64,000 nucleotides of DNA. Source: Lama glama (taxonomy: Eukaryota). Location: assembly GCA_028534125.1 (NCBI GenBank), contig CM052817.1:11162001-11226000 (forward strand), written 5' to 3'. Made by a program: the position numbers and the translations under genes. Below are positions 1-13,519 of the stretch, one piece after another. The first letter of the stretch is position 1. Every line of letters begins with the position of its first letter. Below the pieces are notes generated by a model that worked only from the letters and a program-made list of their open reading frames with translations, was not told the origin of the DNA and did no database searches.

Positions 1-1464
1 TGAAAACACAGAGGACACATGATAATTGCTAACTTCAGTTGGGTCCTTTTAATGTGCAAAACTCTACTCAAAGTGTTTTATCTGTATTGATCAATTTAAT
101 TCTCACAACAACTCTAGGAGATGGTACACTATTATTCCCATTTACGATGAGGAAACAGAGGCAGAGAAGCATTGAATGATGTGTCCAAAGTCACAACGCA
201 AGGTTGCTACAGACATTGTGGGTCTAGATCTGTTTTCCCTTTGCACTGTCTGTGACGGATTTATAGTATTTCTTAATTTGTTCTGGATACAAATCCTTTG
301 CTGATTTCATGGATAACAAGTATCTTTTCCCATGCTATGGTTTGCCTTTTCACTTTCTTAAAGTCCTTTTGTTGAACAGTTCTTAATTTTAATGTAATTG
401 AATTTATTGATCCTCCCCTTTATTGTTAATGCTCTTTGTATCCCTTTTAAGAAATCTTTGCCTTCCCCAAATTCATCAAAATGGTCTCCTACGGTATGTT
501 CTACAAGTTTCATGTTTTCATCTTTTACCTTTACTTGGAAATGATTTTTGTGTTTGGCATGAGATAAGGGTCAAAACTCACTTTTACCCACATGGATATG
601 CAGTTCACCCAGCCTCATTCATTGAAATCAAAGGACTTTGTTTATTAAAAAACTGTTCTTTCTCCATTGCCCTGCAATTCCATTTTCATAATAAATCAAG
701 TGTTCATCTAAGAATGTTAAATCATTTTAAATATCAGTTTGGCATAATTAGTGCATAAACTTAGTTACACTGGAATACTTTTTAAAGATTAGGAGATTTT
801 ACTCAAAATCTGATCATGATATTCTGTGTCTAGTGGAGAAGTTCAAATTCCATGCATGGCATGGAAAACATGCAATGTTCCACTGTAGCTTTATTCTATT
901 CTAGAGCTTTCCAAATTGCTGTGAAGAGAAAATTGTTCCTTGAGGGTAGAGGTGGCAAAAGTGAGACGAGGGTTTAAACATATATGTGGAGAGAAAACAA
1001 AAAATTAATCCTTCACCACATAAATTCATTTGTTGAAGCCACAGAGTGTGACCGGTTTCTCTTCTGTCTCAGGATTTTCCTAAACTTTTAATGTGCTACA
1101 AGCCAGGGCACAACATTAAGAAGGAACATCTCCCAAACTTGTTTGACCGCAGTGCTCTTTGATGTATGAGCACTTTGTTCTCAGCATGGCCTTCATTCAC
1201 TGCTTAGTCGGGAGAAGAGAAGCCATTAAGTTCCTGCCACCAAATCTATAAAGCTACCTGCATCCAGTCTCACTCCTTCCTCCCCAGATTACCAGTGTGC
1301 ACCCTCCAGTCGAAGGAGCATCTCTGAACTTCGCTCCTCGTTCACCTGCTTCCTCCGGACTTGGGTCTCTCCTCTGCATCCTTCCCCCTGCTGGTGCCTG
1401 GCTCCTCCCCAGAACATCCAAACATGCTTTATATGGCCCCATCTTAAAAAAAAAAAAAAAAACC

Positions 1465-2215
1465 ATGAGGAATGTGAATCAGTACAACTTCTCTGGAAAA
1501 GAATTTGACAGTTTCTTATAAAACAAAATATACACCTATCATAAAACCCAGTGATCATACTCTTGGACATCTATTCCAGAGAAACGAAACTAACGTTCAC
1601 ACAAAAACCTGCACACAACTGTTCGTAGCAGCTTTATTTGGAACAGCCCCAAACTGGAAACAATGAAAGCATCCTTCAACGGGTGAGTGGCTACAAAAAC
1701 AAACAAACAAACAAAAAAAACAAAACCATGGTGTATCCATACCGTGGAACACTACTGAGTGATAAAAAGGAAGGAAGTCTTGATACACACAACAGCTTGG
1801 CTGGATTTTAAGAGCGTAGTCTAAGCGAGAAAAAAGTTTTTCAAAAAGTCACATACTATATGCTTCCATTTATATAATATTCTAGAGATGACAAAATTAC
1901 ACAGATGGAGAACAAACTCATGGTATCAAAAGTCCGGGATGGGGAGGGGGCGGCTTGAGGGTACCTTTCTGGGCTGGAATCGTTATATATTTTGATCGCA
2001 GTAGTGCTTACACAAATCTGCACACGTGATAACGTAACATAGACTTAGATGCATGTGTCTTACCAGTGTCATCTCCCTGGTTTTGATATTGTTCCAGTTA
2101 CACAGATGTGGAAGTCACCATTGGGGAAACCGGGTGAAGAGTAAATAGAATTCTCTGTACCTTCCTTCCAACTTTTCATGAACTGATAACTTTTTCAAAA
2201 TAAAAAATTAAGAAA
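1465..2215 (+). mobile_element. Old L1M 3' fragment
   Basis: L1 ORF2-end/3'UTR motifs (agcagctttatttggaacagccccaaactggaaacaa). Confidence 0.7.
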
Positions 2216-5200
2216 AGAGAAAGAAAAAATATCAGTGTACACCAATCAAAAACATATCAGCATTCCTAGACCCTGCATTTCCCTCCAAGTACAATATCTT
2301 TCTCCACTTCTTTGCAGCCAAACTTACTGAAGATATTTTCTTTAACTTATATCCTCCATATCTACCATTTTCTGCACCATTGCTTAATTCATTAATTTAT
2401 TCATCAAATATTTGTTAAGTGCCTTTTATGTTGCATGCACTGATTTAGCTTCTTGAGACACACAAGCAAACAAAATCTCTTCCATTTGACGGGGCGTGGG
2501 GGAGACAATAAACAAGCAAGTAAGTAAAACAGGTAGTGTGTTCAAGGTGATAAATGCTATGAAGAAAAATAAAGTAGGAAAGAGAGAGAGTACTTGAATG
2601 GAAACAAATGTGACTTAAATAGGGTGTGAGATAAGGCCTCACTGAACATTTGAGCAAGGACCTGAAGGAAGCAAAGAAGTGAGTTTGGCAGAAATCTGGA
2701 GGCACCATTCCTGGCAGAGCAAACAGCCAATGCAAAGGCCCTGTGGCAGGAGCTATCCTGGCTTTTTCCAGAAAGAGCAAGGAGGCAAGTCTGACAGGAG
2801 CAGAGAAAGTCAGAGGAGACGAGGCCAGGAGATAACTGGTTGGAAGTGGAGAGACCAGATCACTTGCCCAATAATCTGCATCTAAAAAGAGAAGAGACCT
2901 TGGTGGGTTCCAAACAGAGGAGTGACATGATCTAACCTACTCTTTTACAGGATCCACTGAGGATGGAAGAGACCTTGGAAACCGCTCTGGCCAGGGTAAA
3001 TTACCACCTCCACTTCGCATGATCCACTGGGCTCTTCTCAGTCTTCATTCTTGCTGAATGGCCTTTCAGCAGCATTTGACCTTGTGGACCACTCTTGTCA
3101 TCCAATCAGTATCTTATCTCCTCCCTCTCAGAGTCTTTTCTTCTGCCTGTCCCATAAGCACTGGGCTTTCTCAGGACTGTGTATGTGGTCCTCATATCCT
3201 CTAAGTACAACAACTCTTCGTAGGCAATCCCATCCTCTCCCCTGGGTTTGAAACCACTTGGTTTCATTCCAGCTATGTGCTAATGTTTGCAAAATCGGTA
3301 TCGTCAGCCAGGATGACTCACCTGAGCTCCAGACCCACACCTCCAGCTGCCTACTGTATATTTCGACTTGGAAGTCTCAAAGTCCTTCAAACTCAACTTA
3401 TGTAAAATGGAACTGTTTTCCCTACTGCCTCTTTCCTTAACCCCTACCAGGACTGCTTCTCCTCCTGGGTCCTCAATCTTAATTAAAAGAAGGACAACCA
3501 CCTTGTTGCTCAAGCTAGAAATCTGGGAGTCATCTTTAAATCTTCACTTCTCTCACTCTGCAAATCCAGTCCACTGCTACGTCATCTTGATTCCACCTTA
3601 AGTGGCATGGTAATTCTCCAGCTCTCTCCTTTGCTTTAGCCACCGTTGGTAAAAAGCCACCATCAGCTTGACCCAGCGCACAACACAAATCTGTAACCAC
3701 CAGACCTGGCTTACCTGTCCGGCTCGCATTCCCTCACTGTCTACACTGCCACCACTTCAACCTTTTTTTCTGTTCCTTGAAAGACCACCCACGTACTCTC
3801 TCCTTTCTGTAAGCCCTTCACCGTCCTTTTTCTCATCGCCTACATCAGTCGTGCTCATTGCACAGGTCTCAGCTTCAGTGTTGATTTCTCTGGGAGAACT
3901 TTCCTGACCCACGAATCAGGCTAGAGCCTCCCACTCTGTGCTCTTAGAGCTCCTTGATCTACCACACATCTTCGGCGTTGCCTTGCTGAGTTGGCTTTCT
4001 TCCTCGCTGCGCGATGTGGTGAAGAGAGGCAGAGATCATGTCTCTTACTTATCTTGTGTCCCCAGAGCCCTGCCATATCGTGAGCCCTTGAAATATTTTT
4101 AAGTGAATGGATGAAGTAGATAGATAGATCCTGGGGCTCATATAACTCAGATCATTCTTGCCTGTCTTGTTCACTGCTATATCCCCAGCACCCAGAGCAG
4201 TGCCTGGCACAAAGGAGGCAAGCAGGAAATATCTGCTGAACAAATGAATGAACACACATAGTGAAATTCCATTCCAGTGGAGTCTGAGGAGTAATAAATG
4301 ATTCAGTCTGTGATACAGTTACACTGAGGACCATCCTTGTAATTCTTAACTGAAAGAGGAATCATGAGACCAAATTACACAGGAATGAAGAAAATACAAT
4401 CTAAAATATGAAATAATATCTTAATAGATCTTCACATATTATATTCATCCTCCGCCAGGTAAATGTATCTTCCCTAACTTTGCAGAAGACTGGATTTTCT
4501 CTCTAAAACAGTTACATCAGAGAGGCTCCAGAGTTGCGGGGATCCCAGGTCCAACTGGGGGAGGCACCTAAATGAAAATAGAGAAACCAAGTCAAAATCT
4601 ATAGACTGAATTGTATGATTCAAGACATTTCTCCTGACTTGCTTCCAGAAAACTAGCAATTAGGCTATTGAAGAACAGACAAGCAATTGAAGGACCCTTT
4701 TCTGGGGGAAAGGGCAGCCCAAGAGAAAAAGCTTACAGAGTTTGATATTTGGCAATGTCCCAGTGAAATGAATGTGGTCCTACTTAATTGTCCTGAGGTG
4801 GCAGCTTCAAATGGCCAAGGTCTTCTCATGAACACAAAGAGGCTCCATTTAGACTTTCAGTGTTTCACTTTTAAATATTATTAGAAAGCCAAAGATCACC
4901 AAGCATTTGAGGGCATCCACCAACAGTAAAGTCAAAGATCAAAACAAACAGAGATGAAATAGAGACTCTGAGGAAACAAAGACAATTCAGAGAGCAGAGG
5001 CAGACTTCAGAAAAAGTGTAATTAATGTCTACAGAAAATAAGAGTACACACTGCATCAATGAGAAAAGAAAGAGTTCTTTGCTATTTTACATCAAATATT
5101 AAAATATTTGATAGCAGAAATAAGAAATTCAAAGAACAAAAAGACACGGGGATGGAAAGTAAGATCAATGTTAAAAAATCTATGTTAAGCATATGTTCAG

Positions 5201-6259
5201 CCTCCATCTGCTCATAAGATTCTTGATATAGAGTAGCTGTTATCATCTCCTTCAGAAAATACATTTGTCAATGATCTTTGCACATGAGAGTCCTTCCAAC
5301 TGAAATGTGTCTTGTAGGACTATTTTATTACAACATAAATTTCGCATGTACTATTTTAGAACACTAAACTTAGATTTGTACACAACAATGAATTTACTCA
5401 ACACATACAACATACAGTGCAATGGCACTGATTTGAACAACATTAACAGCCTAGTGCATAAGCTTTCAGCCTGAACTGCTTCTTTGGGTCTTCATTTTTC
5501 TTGTGAAGTTTCCATGTACGTATAAAAATGACTAAACAAAATTTGTATGTTTTCCTCTGGTTAGTCTGTTTTGTCAGCTTAATTTTTAGGTCCAGCCAGA
5601 GACCCTAAAAGGGTAGAGGAGAAATTTTATCTCCTTTACAATATTAAAGAGCAGAGACAAAGTGAACTCAAACTGAGCAAGGGCATCAAGAAAGAGTTTC
5701 TTCGGTAAATGAACTTTGAGCTAAGACCTGAGGAATGAGTAGCAATTGCTCTGTGGGCAGACAACATAGTAATTACGTAGGCTCGTTGCCTAAATGACAG
5801 CCAGTCTCTTTCTTTGTTAGTTTTAGAAACCAAGTCTTATGCCTGGTGGCAGCCCTCCTTACAGAGAGGGAGGGCCAGTGGAATTAAGCAGAACTGGTTG
5901 GGTGGAGCTTCAAAAGCTTTCCCCAAAGGCAATGACTGACTCAGCTGGAAGGGAGGGTGGTTCGCCCTTTGTCTTTACCCTCACTGTTATCTGGAAGGCA
6001 GATGTGATAGCTGACACGTCAGCAGCCACATAACCTTGAGGATGCAATTCTGCGCTAAACAATGGGAAAGGCAGTCTTCCAACCCAAGCTTAACCACGTA
6101 AGAATGGGCCTTGGGCTCGGAACGTTTCCTTCCCCAGGGATAAAGAGTCCACGTGACCCACGCTGGGCTCATCATCTTGTGTGGAAATATTTTCCCCGTA
6201 TCGGGCTCAGTGTGTTCTCCTTTGTTCTGAAGTGGGAGGAAGGGAGCAGGGCACTACCA

Positions 6260-6825
6260 CTGAAGGAATGACACAGCAGTTGAGGGCAGGACAAACCGGT
6301 TAGAACCGAGATAGCGGAAGATTCGATTTCCAGTAGACCTTGAAACTCATGGCACACACACAGGTGCAATGAAAGTTTCTAGGCTGACCATGAAAGTTCA
6401 AAAAGCAGGTGGGGAGGTGGGGGGGGGTTGGTTCCTGGAAATCCTTGCCTTTTCCCCAAAGTAGTTGGAATAATCCTGCTACTCACTAGCATATGAAATT
6501 ACCAAGCCCATAAAACCTAACAACTCCACAACTCGTGATCGCTCCCTCTTTTGCCTTCTGAGACAGCCCGCACTCTGTCTATGGAGTGTGTATCTATTTT
6601 TACTTTAAACTACACACCCCTGCACCTCTCAGTCTCTCTCCCTATCACCTTTCTGAGATGGCCCACATTCTGCCTATGGAGTGTGTATCTCCTAAGCTCC
6701 TTCCCTTCTGAGTGAGGTGGACTGCACTCTGTCCATGGAGTGTGTATCCCTCTAATAAACTTGCTTTACCATGCCTTGCTCTTGAATTCTTTCCTGTGCA
6801 AGGCAAGAACCTATTCTCTCACAAC
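6260..6825 (+). mobile_element. ERV1-type solo LTR with internal triplicated unit
   Basis: Three copies of tgag...actctgtctatggagtgtgtatc (~6559, 6654, 6713), AATAAA at ~6754, ends ...ctcaca; 5' boundary approximate. Confidence 0.7.
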
Positions 6826-9149
6826 AGTTCTGCTGAAGCATGTGTATCAGTGGTCCTCAGGCATGTCCCCAGCTTTAAGTGCTGCAGACTTTATAGGGGA
6901 AGGGGACAGGTCCTTCTGCAGCAAGAGAGCTGTGCTAGTTGGACAACTGCTCCGTACTGGCACCCACTGGCCCAGAGGGACCGACGCTTACTACTGGAGC
7001 TGACCTTGCTCTGTCTCCTCTCTATGTGAGTACAGCATCATTCCATCCAGTGCTTGACTGTACTGCATTCTCTTCGGCAACTCTGATACCAAGATGCAGT
7101 GGGCAGGAGTGCTCAAACTTCTGCTCCTGATGATAGGCAACAGATGCCATTTCCTTGACACTAAATATGGTAGAGCAGAGAGAGAAGAAGTGTGAGCCTC
7201 TGATAATTTTATGTAGCTGCTGTACCAGCCTTGGTCCTCTCTCACACGAGAAGGGATGTCTCTAGTATGTTTAAGCCTCTGTTTAAGAATGTCTTAAACA
7301 CTGCACAAAAGCTACACAACAGTAATGAATTAATGCGTTGGGCTATTAAACCAAGAACTTCTATTCATCAAAAAGAAAGGGGGAAGACAAGATACAAACT
7401 GGAGGGAGATATTTACAACACATATAATGGCAAAAGAATAAGTATAGCATATATAATAGCATATATAAGAAACTATAGACCAATTTTAACAGACAAACTA
7501 CCAAATGATAAATGGATAAAAGGCACTAACAAACGTTTCACAAAAGAGGAAATGGAAATTGTGAATAAATCTATGTGAAGCTGCTCAACCTCATTTGCAA
7601 TTAAAGTCACAATGAGACACCACTTCACATCCACTAGATTGGTAAAAAAAACTAGCAAAATCAAGGGATGAGAAGAACTTGGTAAAATTAGGACTTATAC
7701 AGTGTTGGCAAAAGGAAAACAATTTGGTACTGTCTCACAAGGTTAAGTATCTATACCCTACCTCCCAGCAATTCTACTCCTGCTTTTCTTTCTACAGGAA
7801 CCTGTCAATCAGGAGACGTGTTTAAAATTTTTTTTTCACAGCGCCATTGTTTGGAAGAGAAGCTAGAAGCAATCTGAATGTTGACTGGACTGATGGGAGA
7901 ATGGATAAATACATTCTGGTAGAGTCACAAAGTGAAGTATTACACATCAGAGAAACTGGTCCACCTCTATATACAGAGAGCAACATGGATGAATCTTAGA
8001 AATGTAATTTAAGGGAATAACATCATAATAAACTATATCTAGCATAAATGCCCTTTAATTAAGCTCAGAAACAGGATGAAGAAGACGTGCGTCAGTAACT
8101 TCAATGGAGTTGGAAATTCCTAGTCTGAAGTTAAGTACTGGGTTCATAGGTTTCTGATTTATTGTTATGCTTTATAAGTAGCATATACTTTATAATTATT
8201 CTTTTGATATATGAAACAATGCATTTAAAATGATTTCTAACCATAAAAACAAACTATTTGTGCCTCTGGCCTCTTCCAGCTACCCTCCTATTTGTCTCCA
8301 TGTGACTGTCAAATTCCTCAGCTAAAGTACAGGACTGCAGCTGGTTTCCCAGCACCTCTCACCCACTCCTCTTCTGTTTAAGGGATGTCCCACCTCGGGA
8401 GCGCCCCCTCCCTAGGGACCAGCCGGATTCCTCGCTCTCCGAGCCTGGGGGCAGGTATGCATCCAGCTCTGCCAGCCAGTCAGTGGCATCCTCAGCAGAT
8501 TCCAATTCAGAGGAGAGAAACCTGAAGAGGGAGGCTCCTGTGGCATCACAGTCACTGGTCACTTCAAAGCAGAGGCACCTGATGGTCACAGGTAGCAGTG
8601 GCTGCGAGCTGGGATTCAGGGTGCAGCAGTGCTGGCAGTATCAGCTGTGGGGTGGGAGCCTGGGTTGGGGAGACAGGGCAGATGTCTCATCAGATCAGAC
8701 CTGAGGCAGGTCTCAGGCATTGCTTCTGGAAGCTCTGCCCCTCGGGTCTTTCCTCCAGCCCTCAAGCCCCCCTTAGAATAAACTCCCACGCTGAATCAGC
8801 CAGGTTGGCTTCTGCTGCCTGCATGGAGCCACCGGCAGTGCTGTTTTTCTCCTGTGACTCTTCTCTGACAGATCTCCCTCCTGATGTTTTACTTTCCCTA
8901 TACCAACATGTTCTTGGCACTAGGGGTACAAAAAATAAATTTAGATAGATAGATGACAAATAAAAAGTACATAGGTAGAAGAATAGATAGATAAATAGAT
9001 AACAGATATATGGAGTTCACACCTTCAAGGAGTGCAAAGCCTTGTTAGGAGGACAGTGTTAAACACCAATGGTTGGTTGTCACAACATCCATCCCCATCT
9101 CCTCCCCTCTTGCCTGCTTCTGCTACAGAAACTGGGAAAGAGCCAGCAG

Positions 9150-9825
9150 CTCCACTTCTGGGTATATTCAGAAGGCAATGGAATCACTGTGTTGAAGAGA
9201 TGTCTGCACCTCTATATTCATTGCAGCATTATTTACAATAGCCGAGACATGGAAATAACCTAAGTACACGTCAACAGAGAAATGGATAAAGATGTGAGAT
9301 ATGCATATACAATGGAATACTATTCAGCAATAAAAAGAAGGAAATCCTGCCATGTGCAACAACATGGATGGAATTTGAGGGTATTATGCAAAGTGAAGTA
9401 AGTCAAAGAGAGAACAATAAACAATGTATGAGCTCATATAAGGAATCTTAACAAAACAAAACTAAACTCATAGAAAAAGAGATCAGATTTGTAGTTACCA
9501 GAAGGATAGGGAAATTGGCTAAAGATGATCAAAAGTACAAACTTCCATTTATAAGAAAAATAAGTATTGGGGATGTAATGTACACTGTGGCTATAATATG
9601 GTATATTTGAAAGTTGCTAAGAGAATAAATCCTAGAAGTTCTCATTGGAAAGGGAAAAAAATCTTTTATTTTCTCTCTCTTTTTTTTTGTATCTGTATGA
9701 GATGATGGATGTTAACTAAACTTATTATGGTAATTATTTCATTAGATAAGTAAGTCAAGTCATTATTTGGTGCACCTTAAACTTATACAGTGCTGGATGT
9801 CAATTATATCTCAATAAAACTGGAA
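9150..9825 (+). mobile_element. L1MA-like 3' end
   Basis: ttcattgcagcattatttacaatagcc...caacatggatggaatttgagggtattatgc...tatctcaataaaactgg. Confidence 0.8.
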
Positions 9826-9849
9826 GAACAAATTTTAAAGAAACTGTGA

Positions 9850-10235
9850 AAGACAGAGACTTCCCATCTGGAGCATCCTGGAGTAGCCACGTGACAGAGT
9901 TCTGGCCAACGAGAAGTGGAAGTCCACTGTCAGGGGTCGGCAGGCCTGGGAAAGTTTTCGCTCTTCAGACAACAGACAGACGTGGCTAGTGCCACCTTTC
10001 CTGCTTCCTGCTGCCTTGAATGTAGAAATGATGCCTGAACCCACAGGCAACCACAAACATAAGCCAAGCAAAGAGCAAGAACAGCAGAGGCATTAGTAAG
10101 CAGTAGAACTAACATGTGGAAAAACCTATCTCTGGTTGATCTTCTTGTTGGATGAGAAAAACACTCTGCTATTTGTTTATGCCACTGTTCGTCAAATATT
10201 TTGCTGCTTGCAGCTGAAATCATCCCTAACTGAAT
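9850..10235 (+). mobile_element. MaLR (MLT1-like) LTR
   Basis: gagttctggccaacgagaagtggaagt...ttgcagctgaaatcatccctaactga. Confidence 0.6.
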
Positions 10236-10537
10236 CAGAGCAAAGTTGCAAACAATCAGGGGTAGGTGTTGTCACAGAGATGTGAATGAAGGTCTCTTTC
10301 TTGACAAATACGATGAAATGTTCTCTTTATTTATTGTACTAAGGAGTACAATAAATACTGGGGAGCATTTGAAACTCTTGAGCACTCAGTAGTCAAGCCC
10401 CTTCCTTCTTTGGCTTTGGTGACGGTTCACCAGTAATGTTACAAAGTGACCACAGTGACCAATGCCAGAGCTACACACAAGCGTTGTCCAGTCAGGAAGC
10501 TCTCAGCACACAAATTTACACCACAGGGGGCAAGGCT

Positions 10538-10783
10538 TGCCTCAGGGCCTTTGCACTGGCTGCTCTCTAGGCCAGGAAAGTTCTTTACACTAACATGCTA
10601 TATAATTTAGCTATTCATTACATTTATTGTTTGACTCCCACCACTAGGATATAAGCTCCACAGAAGCAAGGATCTTTATCTCTTGTGTTCACTGATGGAT
10701 CCCAAGTGCCTAGGACAGTGTCTGGCACTTAGTAGATGCTCTATAGATATTTTTGATTTATTTTGATTAGATCAATCTTGATT
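10538..10783 (+). repeat. Local duplicate of the L2 3' end at 12667-12911
   Basis: About 245 bp, about 11 differences counted by eye. Confidence 0.9.
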
Positions 10784-11739
10784 GCTTTATGTTGTAGGTA
10801 TTTTAGGCCAGCCAGCTTTGTGGTTGCACAGGTCCCCACCCTAGCAGGACCCCATGCTTGGTTTAATGCTCTGCTGTCACCATCTTATAATTCTTAATAA
10901 TTTTGAACAAGGGTCTCAACATTTCCGTCTATACCAGGCCTTGAAAATTACGTAGCCAGACCTAGCAAGAGACTCTAAAATTGTAATGGACAAGTCAGAA
11001 ATATAGTGCCAGTGAACTCAAATTCCCCGACCTTGATTCTCATATGTCTAGAGAAATAGAAATCTATTTCTTCCTATGGAAGTACATCGTACCATCAAAT
11101 GAGTATCAAACACTCCTCATGAGAAGACTCTTCTCTGTGGAATACTTTTTTTTTAAATTACAAGTGTGCACAAGTTTTAAGGAACAGAGGCAAACCATGC
11201 CCCTTATCTTGAAACCAATCTGTTTCTTAGTCTATGGTCACCATCAAATGGAAATCAATTAACCCTGTGCCATAGTGATTTGCTTTACTATCTAAATTTC
11301 AGTACTTCCAATATATCCCACAAGAATTTGTCCAGTTTGGAAAGAAAAGAAGAAAACCAATAAAAAAAATGAAAAAACCCTTCTCTAGCTTGAAACCAAG
11401 TTTGGGGAATCAAATGTTTTAAGCAAAACTTCGTAATGTTATCTGTGTGTATTAGTTAGAGTTTAAGTTCAACTGCCCTAACAAAGGTCAACATAACAGT
11501 GGCCTAAAGAAAGTAACAGGCAGCATGTTAGTTGTCCAGAAATGATTCACTGGCCTCATGCTGTGGGTGACCCAGCCACTTCATGTCTTATGGGTTAAAA
11601 TGTTGCTGCCCTGACTCCTACCATTGCAACTGCATTCCAAGGGGGAGAAGAAGGCTCACCAATCCATTTTATAGAATTCTTAAGGCTTCTTTCCAAGGAA
11701 CTACTCTCTTGGTTTCCCTCCTGCCCCATTGGTCGAAAC

Positions 11740-12900
11740 ATTTCACTCTCTGTGCTGGTACTTCCATTTTGTTCCAACATCTTTGTGTTGGAGGAAGCGA
11801 GAACTCAGTCCTTCATCTTCTAATTTTCTTTTGTCTTACCTGCCTTGTTTCCTTTCGTGGGCTCATAGCTTTAGTTACCATCTTCAGACCAATGACTCCC
11901 AGATTTATATCTCCAGCCCAGAACTTTCCCCTGAACTCCAGACTCATGTGTGTATGAAGCTGCTTCCTCCACAGCTCCTCTTGGATGTCTGTGGATGTCT
12001 CACACCCCTGACAGCTCCGTGCAAAGCTGCTCTGCCCAGTCTTCCTAGTTGATGGTGTCCCAGTTCCCACCTTTGTTGATGGCAACTTCCTTACAGGTAC
12101 TCAGATCAAAAACTGGAGTCACCTTTGACAACTCTTTCTCTCACACTCAACTACCCAACCTCTAGTCCATTAAAAACTTCTAAAGGCCCTCCTTTAAAAA
12201 TATAACCAGAATCTGACAACATCTCAACACCTCCACTTAGCACCCTAGTCTGAACCACCATCAACTCTTACCTCCCTATTGCAACAGCTAACTGGTCTCT
12301 CTGTTTCCCTGCAGGCTATTCTCAACTCAGGGACCAGAGTAATATTTTTTGAATTAGATCTTGTGTTCCACTCTGCTCAAATTCTCCTGTAGTTCCCACT
12401 GTACTCAGAATAAAAGGCTTTTTTGTTTGTTTGTTTGTTTTTCTATTGAAGTACAGTCAATTACAATGTGTCAATCTTTGGTGTACAGCACAATGTCCCA
12501 GTCATACATATAAATACATATATTCATTTTCATATTTAAAAGCCCTTAATCTGGTCCGTGGGTCCTACATGGTCAGCCCTCCCTGTCCCCATCCAACCAG
12601 GATCTCATCTCCTGCTCTCCCTCTCACTCACTCCACTCCGGCCTTACTGGCCTCCTCACATGTTCCTGCCTTGGGGTCTTTGCACTGGCTGTTCTCTGGG
12701 CCAGGAAAGTTCTTTACAGTAACATGCTATATAATTTAGCTATTCATTACATTTATTGTTTAACTCCCACCACTAGGATATAAGCTCCACAGAAGCAAGG
12801 ATCTTAATCTCTTGTGTTCACTGATGGATCCCAAGTGCCTAGGACAGTGCCTGGCACTTAGTAGATGCTCTATAGATATTTTTTATTTATTTGATTAGAT
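11740..12900 (+). mobile_element. L2 3' portion, interrupted by a short antisense L1 tail (~12420-12535)
   Basis: gactcccagatttatatctccagccca...cctggcacttagtagatgctc (typical L2 3' end). Confidence 0.75.
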
Positions 12901-13519
12901 CAATCTTGATTAGTTTTATTTTAGGTGTTTCATTCTTGTTGATGCAACTATAACTCAGATTGTTTTCTTAATTTCTATTTCTGATAGTTTGTTGTTAGCA
13001 TATAAAAACACAACAAGGCTGAAGAAGGGCCATGCTTTGGAAGTTACACATTCACACTTCACTTGCACTCTCTCTCATTAGCTAGAACCTAGTCACACAA
13101 CCATATATATAAATATATATATTTTAAAATATATATAAAATATAGTTTTATCTGGATGGCGATGTGCCTGGCTAAAGCTGTCAATAGTAGAGAAAAAGGG
13201 GAGACCAATATTGGGGGACAACTCACAACTCCACCATTGTGTGGAGGTAACCTCTAGCCTCAGTGACTGTAAGTGATAGACATTATCCAGTTATGAGTTG
13301 GGAATTTTAGAAACTTGCAAAATGAAAGATTCCGAGCAAGTTAAAAGGTTATGGTTAGTAAATATGGCAATGCCCTTAATATGAACATAGCAGGAGATAC
13401 TTTTTATCACTAGTTCCTTTCCTCCCTCTCTAAGTAAACACTGATTTTAAAAAAACCCATTGATATTGTAAACATATCAGATAGAAGCAGTGTTGAATTC
13501 TTAGCCTGTCCAGGGTGAC

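Noticed and set aside
6555..6750. Three spaced ~37-bp repeats, superficially CRISPR-like
   Set aside because: Degenerate internal repeats of a mammalian LTR; uneven spacing and no cas genes
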